From assembly GCA_012103575.1 (NCBI GenBank), contig WLWN01000001.1, positions 1,564,176 to 1,628,175 of the forward strand: a stretch of 64,000 nucleotides of DNA. Direction: 5' to 3'. This document shows positions 20,369-31,312 of the stretch, piece by piece (the first letter of the stretch is position 1; every line of letters starts with the position of its first letter). The stretch is from Kiritimatiellia bacterium. Lineage in GTDB: Bacteria > Verrucomicrobiota > Kiritimatiellia > WLWN01. The notes beneath the pieces are model-generated. The model was given only the letters and a program-made list of their open reading frames with translations, was not told the origin of the DNA and did no database searches. A program made the translations under genes and the position numbers.

Positions 20369-22809
20369 GTTCCTTCGTCTTGCTTTAATATATTCAACGT
20401 GTTGATGTGTGCCGGATAGGTTTTTGGCGTTGTATCACCCAACCAAGTTACCTCAACACGAATGATTTTCTGCGCATCAAATAACCCTATATGAGCCAGA
20501 TAGGATTGAGAACCAAAGCCTGTTCCATTGTCCATGTGATACGTCCGTTCGCGTGTCTGGCCCTGTCCATTTTCTGCGATTACTTTGATCATCGCCCCCA
20601 GACCATAAACGTTTCGATTTTCTTTGCTTCCTTGAAGGCGAATTTTTATCCAGCTGTTGGTTAATTTGCTTTCATTTTTGAAAAATTGATTGGGCCAAGG
20701 ATCTCCACTCCACATCCCTCCCAGATTGGAGTAGATATCTTGATCTCCGTCATCATCAAAGTCAAAAAAGACAATGCCGTGCCCCTTTTGAATGGTGCCT
20801 ACACCAAACAAACCCGAGATATTATCGGTTTCCAAAACAGGCTGGCCATCTTGCATCTTCCCCATGTACAAAAGATTGGGAATGACCATCCATCCTTCTG
20901 GATTTCCTGTCCCTTGATACCAATCAATGGCCCCATCGTTATTAAGGTCGCCAAAATTGGCGCCCATGGCCACAAAGGGCATGCCTCCTGAAAAGTATTC
21001 ATCATGCCGCTGAAATGTGCCTGCTGGAGTTTGGACCCAAATCTTACTTCCCGTATGATAACGATCTTTCCCTTGTCCAAACATGCCTTGTAGAATACCG
21101 CCAGGAGAGAATCCGGCTCCAGCTCCATATACATCAAGCAAACCGTCATGGTTTATATCTACAAGTGCGGTTTGGAAATGAATCGCATCAGAAGACAAAA
21201 GGTTTGTTCGAGTAAATCGTCGATCTTTGTTTTCATACAGAATAATACCGGGCACGTGCCATAACCCAAATACAAGATCCAAGTCTCCATCTCGGTCATA
21301 GTCCCCAAAGGCTGCGCCCCATACATTTTGCCGATCTAAAAGTGACCCTTTCCCTAAACCATATGCATCTGTCACGTCGGTAAAAGTAACGTTTCCGTTG
21401 GAGTCCATATCGTTGCGATACAGCCGTAAAGGGAAATTGTCTCTAATCGCTTCTAAAGGAGAGGCAGATCGGTTATCCCCTTCTGGATTATATAAGCCAA
21501 ACGTAGTTACCAGTAAATCTAAGTCCCCATCTCCATCTATATCGCCCCATACCGAGGACCACACGAAAAGTTGCGGGTGTTCATCTCCGGAAGGAAACAG
21601 ATTGACCTCTTGTGTAACATCTCTAAAGGTCTGCCCCTCCTCATTGCGCAGTAAAAGAAAGTCACCTTTACGGGTACCCAACGGGCGTGAGATGAACAGA
21701 TCCATCCAGCTATCTCCATTATAATCAGCGGCGGTTATGATATGGGTCCCTGAGATATGTGATAGATTCCATTCATCTGTGCGATCGACAAATGTTTCTC
21801 CATTAAAGCATCTCATCTGCATCGATTGAAAGGCTCCACCCCACACTAGGTCGAGGTAGCCATCTTGATCAAAGTCGGCCACGGCTGTGCCACGTCCAGC
21901 GTCTAACGGTCCATCCAACCCATATTCTTGCGACGATTCCACTAAGTGTAGATCGTGATATTTTTTCGTAAGTCGTTCCTTATCATCCCCTAAAAAATGG
22001 CTGTAAAAAGGGGTGGTGTCTGGGATCAGGTAACGTGTTGGGACATTGTCGGGAAATTCTCCGGTCGTCATATAGGAAAAGTTGAGGAGCCAGACAAGCG
22101 TTGGATCCCATCCATAGGTATCTAACAGTCGCTCAAAGAGTTCGGCCGCTTTTCTGGAATAGGTTTTGTGGTCGTGATGCATAGTCAGGGGTAGTGAGCA
22201 CATCAGGGTGTGGTTATGGTGATGTGCGTGGAAAGGGTGAGGGTGTGTTTGTGGTTGGTGTTTTATGAGAGGACAGGGTTTCTGACATCTCAACCAATTT
22301 ACTTAGGCAATTCTGGTTCTCTGCAGCTCGCATGTAAGAGATGGCCAGCCAGAATTGACTGTCACGGTTGATTGCGTGGTTTGTGTGATAGGCTTCTATC
22401 TCCCGAATGGCTTCTTCAAACTTTCCCACGTGCCAGTAGAGCTTTCCCATCATCAGCGGGTCGAAATTCGGTAACGCTCTTTTTTTTCATGGGCCGTCAC
22501 AACCCCGTCTAAAGTTCTTAACTTTTTTATAGGATCCCAGGCCCGCAGGGTTCCAAATTTGTTGAGATATATACCAAAATCTATATATGAGCACAGCTCG
22601 GCTATAGAACCATGGAACGCCACCCTGGCGGCTAATCCAACAGATCGACGAACAGAAGTATCCTGGTAAACAAAAAACGCAGCGAGCGAGCCTATCAGTA
22701 ATAAAAGGACAACGGCGAGCGTGATACATACACGAGATTTTCGTTTTTCTGGTTTGATCATTTTTTTTCTCTTATAATAAATTGGGCATTCTTGCCTAAC
22801 ACAGGTCAA
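20365..22809 (-). pseudogene. CRTAC1-like protein, subtype 2 (TM anchor + TPR-like + FG-GAP + ASPIC), split over three frames
   Basis: ORFs 22453..22809 (TM anchor), 22214..22453 (TPR-like GKFEEAIREIEAY..) and 20365..22293 (642 aa, FG-GAP repeats plus ASPIC) are contiguous. The 642-aa ORF may still be expressed on its own. Confidence 0.6.
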
Positions 22810-22837
22810 CCAGGAATAGCTGACTTACTATTTTTCA

Positions 22838-25520
22838 CTAGTCACATAGAACTTCTCCATGAACCTTATCAATACATACGAGTTGATTTCTCAAAGGCCT
22901 ATCAAGGTTTATGATTTGGGCGCCCATATCCCCAGAAGGCCAATACACTTTAATTTCTTGAAGATCTTCTTCTCCAAGCCCAATATGAAGATCCAACATT
23001 ACACCACTAAACGATTCCCCACCTAATGTTTTCGGCCTCATAATTTTCCCGTTTACCAAGACTTTAGCTCCAATCCCAAAACGATTAAACCCTTGTTCAT
23101 CCAGCAGACGGACTTTCATCCAATGAGAATTTTTTTCCTGCGAAGCGCCTCCATTGATATATATAAAGGTAGGACCGTCCTCAAAAGCGGTCGGGGGTTT
23201 CATAAGTTTGTTCGGAGCAGGGACGGATAATACTTTACCCATAAATTCGACTTTTATGTTACGAGCAGAAGAAAGATTTGAATTATAACCACCCATATGA
23301 GTCACCACAAGATCGGGGAATCCATCATTATTCAAATCACTCGCGATGATGCCGTTTGCAGATTCGTTCATGCGGAGGATGTCCATGACTTCGCTTTTTT
23401 CGGATGCGGCTAATCCGGTTTCTGAATAGGAATCCGTATCTGTAACATAGATGGTATCGCGTTTATGCCAATTGGTGCCGGGCGCTTTCCTTCGAGGCGG
23501 ATTCGCATCATAATCAATCTCACTAATATCGAGCAGCCGGTACGCTAAGGTCAAATCCCTAAACTGCAAGGCGCCTATACGGCTTTCATTGACCAAAAAA
23601 CGGCCTGGACTGGAGGACCACAGTCGCCGATAGACCCATCGTTTCCTCTTCCCAACGCTCCTGCCATGTAGATATCTAAATCACCATCATTATCGGTGTC
23701 GAAAAAGACGGGTGCCCAGCAAAACTCCAACCCATTAAGAGTTTCGCTAAACTTGTATTTTTTGAAGATTTTCAACGCTTCTTTTGCTATATTTTGTGGG
23801 CGTATAGCATTAGGAGGAATCACTTTAGAGTGAATGATTTTGCAGGCTGTCGCTACGGAGAAGAGCCCCTTATCCACATAGGTTAATAGCCCATGAGTGA
23901 GGGAATGACTGATTTCGTTGATGGTGTTGACAATAGCAAGCGGGCTCAAACTATTTAGTTGATGCGGCCCTGTAAACATGGCGGTGTTTCTAGAAACAAA
24001 CACTTGGCTGCCACAGTTACTCACAAGAATCTCATCTCATAGATCCCCATCCAGATCTCCACTCGCAATCCCCATCCAGCATCCATCCCAAAAGGCATCG
24101 TCAAATTTTTCCATGCGTTTAAATCGTTTGCCGGATAGGTTTTTGTACACCCGTAACCTGTTGCCTACATCATTGGCCACGATCAAGTCGGGCCATCCAT
24201 CATCATTCCAGTCCACAAATTGAGCAGCCCAAGAATGGTCGGCGGCTTCTCCCACAACGATGCCCTCCCGCGTATAAGTTGAAATATCTTTATAACGTTG
24301 TTCGGCGGGGAACCAAAAACCAGAAGGGAGTTGTTCTTCTTTGTGTAACCCGGCTACGCCGTAGGCCAGGGCGGATTCTTTGAAATACAACGTTCCAGTT
24401 TCTTTTAACTGACGGATCCAGGATATAGAGTTCATTACGGTTTCCGGGAAAATACTGGGATCCAAATCCCCAGAAATCGACGTCTAGAAAATTAGTGACA
24501 TAGATATCAAGATCACCATCCCGATCGATATCCGCTACGGTAAATCCGGATGTTGACCATCTCCCGCCAAATCCTACTTGCTCAGTTACATCTTCCCACT
24601 CTGGAATGCCATCGTGGTCTTGGTCTCTTTTATTGAGGAAGAGGGTATTCCGTCCCTCGGGTTCAAGTCGACCCCCAAAGTCAACAAGGACATCTTTACC
24701 TTCTTTTAGTTCCCCCCCACAAAAAAGAAGGCATTCTGTTTATAAAGGGTTCTCTTTTTTGGTTTCGTCTAATATTTCGATGGGCTGGAAAGACGGGCAT
24801 GCCTAAATCTTCGGTTTGAAAAGGGACCCCATCATGTGCACTCCTCACGATCAGGTCCTGCAATCCATCCCCATTGAGGTCGACGGCAATGGCTGCATTC
24901 GCGATCCGGCCAGGTTGAAATTCGTCGTCCTCAATACGTTTACGTGGCTTGTATTTGTTTTCGAAAAGCAGCTCTTCTTGCACATAAAGCCTATTTCCCT
25001 TCTCTTGCAATTCTTGGACGCTAGTAAAAATAGGATCTCCATCGGGTGTATTGCCCTGATTTAAATACAATGCACAAGGCCTGGCAGGCATTTTTTTATC
25101 TGACATGATTCCTTTTTCATCCGTTGCTCTTGCTCGCGGTCGACCGTTCTGAGGAAAGAACAAATCTAAACGATCATCATTATTCGCATCAAAAATGACG
25201 GCGCCTCTGAATTGAAATAGACTGTTTCCTTTAGCTCGTTCGCCGAGGCGGATGCCTATTTCCTTAAAGGGGCGGATCTCGTGGTTGACGTGAGTTAGTG
25301 GAACGAGGGCTTTTTCAGGAAAAAGTAAAGACATTGGAGGTGCATTCGTTTTTGTAGGGGTTAGCCCTAAACGTTGTTTGAGGAGTTCTTTTGCCACATG
25401 TAATTCAGACACGCCAAATCGTCTAACGAGATATTTTTTGATGGGGAAATACGAAGCTAAAACAATGGCAAGACATGCCACGATTTTCACTATCATTTTT
25501 TTTTGTTCCATAAACTCCAT
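22838..25520 (-). pseudogene. CRTAC1-like FG-GAP/ASPIC protein, subtype-1 paralog #3 (at least four frame disruptions)
   Basis: Pieces 24696..25520, ~24466..24695, 24037..24465, 23575..24024 and 22838..23596 are colinear with 59034..61703. Contains an 18-nt MITE terminus at 24405..24422. Confidence 0.85.
24405..24422. repeat. solo MITE terminus (18 nt) inside CRTAC1-like pseudogene #3
   Basis: TTTAACTGACGGATCCAG is identical to 18 of the outer 20 nt of the MITE TIR (the terminal GG of the TIR also follows, extending the match to 24424). It replaces ~11 nt of the paralog consensus (..YINQLVETG.. becomes ..ISWIRQLKETG..), a net +7 nt. Confidence 0.6.
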
Positions 25521-25529
25521 ATACTCCTA

Positions 25530-27189
25530 CCTGAATCCGTCAGCTATCGCTTCGGAAGGTGTTTTGGGGCTCAAAAGCTGAAAACTTTTTCCTTGAGATG
25601 CTCGCTTTTGGGCGGATTGGGACCGGCAAGTATCACCCTGATGAATTTTTTGAGCGTACAGGTCAGATTCACTCTGATTTGGCCATTTTGGGGCGTAGGC
25701 CTCCTTGGGCAGTCGCCTTAGAGTATTGTTAAAGGTGCACGGAGGGCTATGCGAAGGAATGGGCAATATCTTGTATCACTTCGAACCAGCGACAACGCTT
25801 GCCAAAGTGAAGTTCAATTCGTCCGGCGTGGCGGACCAATCGAACCGCGCAATAAACGATATTTTTGAGAACCGTTTTGATTCGCCAGCGCGGGATGTTG
25901 ATTTTCTGCGGGGCAAGCCCAGCCCGTTTGATGACCTCTTGGCCAAGACCGCGCAATAGGTTGAAGGCCACCATGGCGCATAACAGAATAATCTTATTGG
26001 CACAGGGTCTCCCCGAAGGCAATCGCTCAACATCAAGATCGCTTTTGAGTTCACTGTGGTACTGCTCGCTGGGGCCATGTCCATGATAGAGATCTAGCAC
26101 CGTCTTGGCACGACAAGAGAGGTTCGTCCACCAGGTGTTTACCTCAAGTTTAGGAACCAGAAGTTTCTGACCATCGATATCGATGGTGCGTTCAATCACT
26201 TCGAAGGCCACCGGGACACAAGGGCGGTTTTGGTCACCACCGGGATGGAAATGATCGAAAAAGCCTGTGTAAACGTTCTTGCCTTCACGACTGTCTTGTT
26301 TGTCTCCAACTCGGCGTGCAAGGGCCAGCATTTGTTCAGGACATTCGCGGCGAGGATTTCGCTTTACGATAAAATAATGATCTCCAAAAGCGTCGAAGTT
26401 ATCGGCCGCAGCGTTGCCACTATCAAGCCGAAGCAAACATTTTCCACCCAGGCCCAGGGTTTGGAGCGTTTCAACGCTGCGGGCAATAAACGCGGTCGTT
26501 CCCGACTGACAATGTTGTTTACCGGGTCGAAGTTCGCACTCAAGCATGTGGCCTTGAGTGCCCACATAGGCAAATATCGGGGCGTAACCATCATGGCCCT
26601 TCTAGGTTGTAGGAAACGCCTTCTTCCGAAGAGCCTGAGTGACCTAAAGGGCTCACATCGATATCGACGGGAACAAGATCAAGCCCTTCGACATCTACCT
26701 AGCCAAAGGGGCCCGAGGAAAGAAGTTCGGTGTTGAGTTTGCGTAGCCCCACATGGGTTCTGGCTGGGGGCAGGTCGTCGAAACGACGTCGGAACACCGG
26801 CTCAGAGGCTACCCTTTTTAACTCCCCTTTTTAAGTCCAAAGGCATTCATAAAAATCTCATCACCCCGGTACAGGTCGATATCATTGAAATCGGTTCGAC
26901 CGTTGCAAAGTAAGCCGATCTGGGTAAGGAGGATCTCCCGATCAGAGATCGCATCGGAGCGGCGTGGTTGAAAATTGGAGGGAAGAATCCGTTGAGCATG
27001 ATCCTCAAGCAGTAGGCCGCAAAGATGATTTCCGCTTGTGCTGTTGAGTTCGCCCTTGCCAGTCTTTATTTTATATTGTTTCATATACACACCTGTTGGG
27101 GTGGGGTTGTTTGTTTGAATACGGGTATGCTCCCCGCTTTAGCCCAACAGGTAATGAAAAATCGTCAGATTTTATCTGACGGATTCAGA
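25530..27189 (-). mobile_element. IS1380-family element, copy 1 (defective, no target duplication)
   Basis: IRs are CCTGAATCCGTCAG../..CTGACGGATTCAG. The transposase is split (26818..27090, 25747..26565) with a shared +1 frameshift, a TAG at ..G*VDV.. and an extra indel. The flanks TCCTA and ATTTA do not match. Confidence 0.85.
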
Positions 27190-27896
27190 ATTTAATTATC
27201 CTGGAGAAAATCTGGCTTTATTTATTCAGGAGATTATTTCAAAAGAGCCTGATGTTGGGATTTGTATTGTTGACCGTCGGGTAGAGCAGTTACCGACCAT
27301 GATAACATCGACCCATAATAAAATTCACTTCGTTAAAGGGTATAGTTATGAAAAGTCTATCTATGAAAAAGCAGCGATTAAAGAGAACAAAAAAGTAATC
27401 ATTTTTCCCCGCTGACCCCTCTTCCCCTGAATCTGATCTGGCCACATCGAGATTGGTGGATCTGGTCCTACGTTTCGCCGGTGATAGAACACAAGTCATT
27501 TATCTTCTTATTGATCCGAATAATAAGTGGATGTTCAATAATAAAGCGATATCCGTATTTCAAAATCTTGAAATGTTGGCAACCGTACAAGAGTGTCAGG
27601 ATACACATTCTTCTACAGTAGTACAAACCATTCTTATGAATACAGAAGGAGGAAATACTCAAACCATACAACCAAAACGGTTAGTGGGTCAGACGTGGGG
27701 CCACTTTGTCTTAAATGCGATTCGAGCATCCGAAACACTTAAGGTAGCTTTTAACCCGTTGGCGTTGGTTCATGAGGAGGAAATTAATCCTTGTCCAGAA
27801 TACGCGAAGAAGATTGAAGTGGGGGACAAAATATCAATCATTGCCCATCATAACTTTGATTGGGACCATTTTGAAAAAGAACTATGTCAGCTTTGA
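27190..27896 (+). pseudogene. RCK (TrkA-N/TrkA-C) domain K+ channel/transporter gene remnant
   Basis: ..GENLALFIQEIISKEPDVGICIVDRRVEQLP..IHFVKGYSYEKSIYEKAAIKENKKVIIFP.. then a frameshift in a T5C4 run into ORF 27453..27896. The 5' part is removed by IS1380 copy 1. Confidence 0.45.
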
Positions 27897-27897
27897 A

Positions 27898-28980
27898 TCA
27901 TTTCTGAGCTGTGCAAAAAATTAGATTCTCGCTAAACGAAGGAATAAATGCCTTTTCGAAACATACATTTGAAAAATTTCTTAACAAAATAGGTTTGAGC
28001 ATATTGAAAGTCTCTTCATCAAACTCTGGACAACATTGCAAACTCAAAATCCCGTCCTTGTTCAAACCCTGTCTACTATTTTCAAAGATTTGATTTAAAA
28101 AGGTTTTTCTTTCGAGGTAGGTAAAAGAGGCGGGATGCATCGTGAGGTCATACATGATCACGTCAAAGCCCGTATTCATTTTCAAATAATGATTAGCGTC
28201 ATAATAAACGATATTTACCTGAGGCTCACTAAAAGCGTTTTGACAAATACAACGCAAATATTTCTGAGATAGTTCAGGCATTTTTTCTTCAATTTCGACC
28301 ACTGTCACTCTTTTAGGTTGATGCTTGAGGATTTCATGTAGCAGACCCCCATCTCCTCCTCCGAGAATCACAACATGTTCTAATGTTTTCCTTTGGTTAA
28401 TGATCGGATTAACAACATGAGTATGGTAAAGAGATGCATCCTTCTCTGCAATCTGAAGCTCCTTATCTAAAAAGAGCATCCTTCCAAAATTCTCATTCTC
28501 TATGATATCGATTTGTTGATATTTTAGTTTTTGGCTAAGAACATTTTCCTTAACGTGGTATCTTGTTTCGAAGCCATACCCGGAAGATGTGGTTATCCAG
28601 TTTTGTTCTTTAATTTCCAGAGGGATTCCTCTAGCAAGAACCAGGGTTCGAATCGTTTTTGCTTCTAGTTCAGATTTCAAATAGGTAAGCATTGTATGTG
28701 CTTTGGTTGGATCGGGCGAACAGGTAAATATATCGAGGGAGACGTGACGTGCTTCGGGATATGTATGAACCGCTATATGAGATTCACTCACAATCGCTGT
28801 TATCGTTACACCAATGGGGTCAAATTGATGTGAACTAGTTTTTAGGATGCCCACGTTAGACTTTTTTGCCCCTTGCCCTATGATTTCCTCAAGAGCTGAC
28901 GGATCATTTAAAATATTTTGTGAACAATCGACAAATTCCGCAACAATTTGGTGTCCAAAAGGTTTCATACGGTTGTGCAA
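27898..28980 (-). CDS. S-adenosylmethionine decarboxylase (SpeH/SpeD class 1) fused to spermidine synthase
   Basis: The N-terminal ~115 aa carry the pyruvoyl-site motif ..IVSESHIAVHTYPE..DIFTC... The remainder has ..FGRMLFLDKELQIAEKDASLYHTHVV.. and ..VVILGGGDGGLLHEILKH..VTVVEIE.. (aminopropyltransferase). The likely start is the ATG at 28968. Confidence 0.8.
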   Translation of the reverse strand: MHNRMKPFGHQIVAEFVDCSQNILNDPSALEEIIGQGAKKSNVGILKTSSHQFDPIGVTITAIVSESHIAVHTYPEARHVSLDIFTCSPDPTKAHTMLTYLKSELEAKTIRTLVLARGIPLEIKEQNWITTSSGYGFETRYHVKENVLSQKLKYQQIDIIENENFGRMLFLDKELQIAEKDASLYHTHVVNPIINQRKTLEHVVILGGGDGGLLHEILKHQPKRVTVVEIEEKMPELSQKYLRCICQNAFSEPQVNIVYYDANHYLKMNTGFDVIMYDLTMHPASFTYLERKTFLNQIFENSRQGLNKDGILSLQCCPEFDEETFNMLKPILLRNFSNVCFEKAFIPSFSENLIFCTAQK

Positions 28981-29015
28981 GAAAAAAGTTTATAGAGAAT
29001 AGCAACACACCGGTG

Positions 29016-29888
29016 TTATGGATTTCCCTCTCCCCAGAAAGACATGTCGAGATATTTGTGTCCCCCATCCGCTAAGATGGCCACAACGATGCCCCTGTCA
29101 ATCTCACGAGCTATTTGCAATGCCGCGACCGCCGCCGCTCCTGCTGAAGGGCCTATAAGCAATCCTTCGTCTCTAGCCAAACGTTTGGCCATGGTTTGTG
29201 CGTCTTCTGTACGTATCCATCTGTTTTCGTCGGCTAGATTTTCATCGAGAATGCCGGGTACAATAGAAGTCGGCATATGTTTTAAACCTTCCAACCCATG
29301 CATCGGAGAATCGGGTTGAAGGGATATAAGTTGGATGTCTGCGTTGTGTTCCTTTAGCCTGCGACCGGTTCCTGTAAATGTCCCGCTGGTTCCTAGGCCG
29401 GCTATAAAATGTGTGATGTCACCTTTATAATGGGCTTGCCAGTTTGCAGGGTTATTATATTGATCCGGATAAAAGTACAGGTCGGAGCTTTGTTCATAAA
29501 TTCGAATGGCTTCTTCGATAGCTCCATCAGATCCGAGTTGCAGATCGGTAAGCACGAGTTCAGCTCCGTATACCTCTAAAATCTGTTGCCGTATCCGGCC
29601 GATATTCTTGGGGACAGCGAGTTTGACTTTATAATTCAATGCGGCGCCGATCATGGCATAAGCAATACCTGTATTTCCCGAGGTCGCATCTAGGATGATT
29701 TTATCTTTGGTTAGCTTCCCGGTCTTTTCTCCATCTAAAACCATATTTAGAGCAGGTCGATCTTTCACTGAACCGCCCGGATTAGCCCATTCTGCTTTCC
29801 CATAAATCTTTACCGGAGCCACTTCTTTAGACAGAGAGACCAGCTCGATTAAAGGTGTATTTCCTACATGTTTGAGAACATTCTCCAT
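29016..29888 (-). CDS. cysteine synthase (PLP-dependent, CysK/CysM family)
   Basis: Has GGSVKDRPALNMV (PLP lysine), TSGNTGIAYA and GLGTSGTFTGTGRRLK. 290 aa. Confidence 0.85.
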   Translation of the reverse strand: MENVLKHVGNTPLIELVSLSKEVAPVKIYGKAEWANPGGSVKDRPALNMVLDGEKTGKLTKDKIILDATSGNTGIAYAMIGAALNYKVKLAVPKNIGRIRQQILEVYGAELVLTDLQLGSDGAIEEAIRIYEQSSDLYFYPDQYNNPANWQAHYKGDITHFIAGLGTSGTFTGTGRRLKEHNADIQLISLQPDSPMHGLEGLKHMPTSIVPGILDENLADENRWIRTEDAQTMAKRLARDEGLLIGPSAGAAAVAALQIAREIDRGIVVAILADGGHKYLDMSFWGEGNP

Positions 29889-29912
29889 CGTTGTATCATA
29901 AGAATTAATTGT

Positions 29913-30269
29913 TTAAGGAACCCGAACTGACTGAACAGATAATGGTTTCGTCTCTTCGCTAGCCCACTTCAAAAAATCGGGGTTGCCCTGAGTAATAGGC
30001 CAAGCAACAATACATGGACAGGTATAACTATGCACTTCTTTGATCGTTTGGGTAACCGCCTCTACAAGTTCGGATCGCGTCTTGGCGATCATCACAGCTT
30101 CTGTCTCATGTTGAATAGCCCCATCCCACCAATACATAGACTCTACAGATTCGAGAATATTAATGCATGCAGCCAGCTTGCGCTCCAGTAAAGCTTTCCC
30201 AATACATTGAGCCTCTTCTCTATCTTTTGTAGTGACGTAAACAAAACTTATTTCCATATGAGCGCACAT
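29913..30269 (-). CDS. cutA: divalent-cation tolerance protein CutA
   Basis: ..VYVTTKDREEAQCIGKALLERKLAACINIL..MYWWDG..E..EAVMIAKT..HSY.CPCIVAWPI.. is typical CutA1. The likely start is Met5 (30257). Confidence 0.8.
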   Translation of the reverse strand: MCAHMEISFVYVTTKDREEAQCIGKALLERKLAACINILESVESMYWWDGAIQHETEAVMIAKTRSELVEAVTQTIKEVHSYTCPCIVAWPITQGNPDFLKWASEETKPLSVQSVRVP

Positions 30270-30319
30270 CAGGAAATACTACATGCATTATGAGAAAACG
30301 CAAAAATTTATTAGATGTG

Positions 30320-30514
30320 TTACAAGAAAAGGTTATACAATTCTTGCCAAGGGATCGCTGTAATGTGTGTGCCAAGTTTTAAACGACGAGGCGTTTGACA
30401 AACCATATACCCGTGTGTAGCATTTTTATATTCTTTCAGAAAGATATTCAGGTGTTTTGCGTCTCTTGTTGAAGGACTATCACTCCATTTAACTTCAATG
30501 CATAGGAATTTCAA
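30320..30514 (-). pseudogene. C-terminal fragment of a DUF4143-type AAA+ ATPase
   Basis: ..CIEVKWSDSPSTRDAKHLNIFLKEY..GYMVCQTPRRLKLGTHITAIPWQELY.. matches only the last ~60 aa of that family. No upstream ATPase domain is present. Confidence 0.4.
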
Positions 30515-30874
30515 AGTTAGTCATATGGGCTGAAGAACAAGACCTGATCGTTATTGGGATCATCAAAGATACGTTGCATGACGGTGTTTGGGTCAAGATT
30601 TTTGATGAGGGGTTTGATTTTCCCTTCTTAGAAGTATGGTCCAGAGGAATCATGAAGCCTATATGGCAGATATGGCAGGGACTTTGTAGTGGGCAAACGA
30701 GTTTATAGGCGTTTTTCTTTTCGGGTCTTCCAAAAAGTTTATGGGTAAACTCTTTAGAGAAATTTGAACAGGAGATCGCTGAGAAAGCAGAGATTTATTA
30801 TGGAATTATCATCCCCTTTAGGCGGAAGAAAATAAACCTCAAAATTGAAAGGTTGCAGACGCACTTGACTTGAT

Positions 30875-31037
30875 CCTGGATCCGTCAGTTAAACGTGGGA
30901 TTTCTGTGCGAATGCTTTGGAGGCAAAAGGTTGCAAAAAAACGCAGGCGCACCCGCTGGGTGCGTCGAGGCTTTTTTGTAATTCCTTTTGGCCCAAATGG
31001 TTCGTGCAGGAAACCGCGTTTAACTGACGGATCCAGG
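30875..31037 (+). mobile_element. MITE copy b
   Basis: Same 163-bp element with a 5-bp TSD TTGAT (30870..30874 and 31038..31042). Confidence 0.9.
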
Positions 31038-31066
31038 TTGATATCAATATATGATACTATACTTTT

Positions 31067-31312
31067 GTGAACAAGAAGACCCTGGATAAGATTTTTGAAA
31101 AACCAGAACGCTCTGATATTGCTTGAAAGGATATTGAAGCACTCATCTTTGCCTTGGGGGGTAAAATATCGGAAGGTCGCGGATCTCGAGTGCAAATCTT
31201 TTTGAACGGGATACGGGCGGTGTTTCATAGGCCACATCCCAAGTGTGTGACCGAGAAGGGGGCGGTCAAATCAATACAAAAATTCTTGAAAGAAGCGGAG
31301 GTGAGATCATGA
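31067..31312 (+). pseudogene. hicA: HicA-family toxin with a premature stop
   Basis: VNKKTLDKIFEKPERSDIA*KDIEALIFALGGKISEGRGSRVQIFLNGIRAVFHRPHPKCVTEKGAVKSIQKFLKEAEV. The TGA at 31124..31126 sits where family members have the conserved Trp. GTG start. The stop overlaps the hicB ATG. Confidence 0.65.

Noticed and set aside
28896-28910. CTGACGGATC 10-mer inside the AdoMetDC coding region as another MITE or IS end
   Set aside because: Only 10 nt match, the coding frame is intact and there is no partner end. It is a chance match.
31124-31126. TGA in hicA as a recoded Trp or Sec codon
   Set aside because: TGA ends the intact IS30 transposase, the intact CRTAC1-like gene and the AdoMetDC-SpdS fusion at the expected protein ends. 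No SECIS-like context was noticed. A nonsense mutation is the simpler reading.
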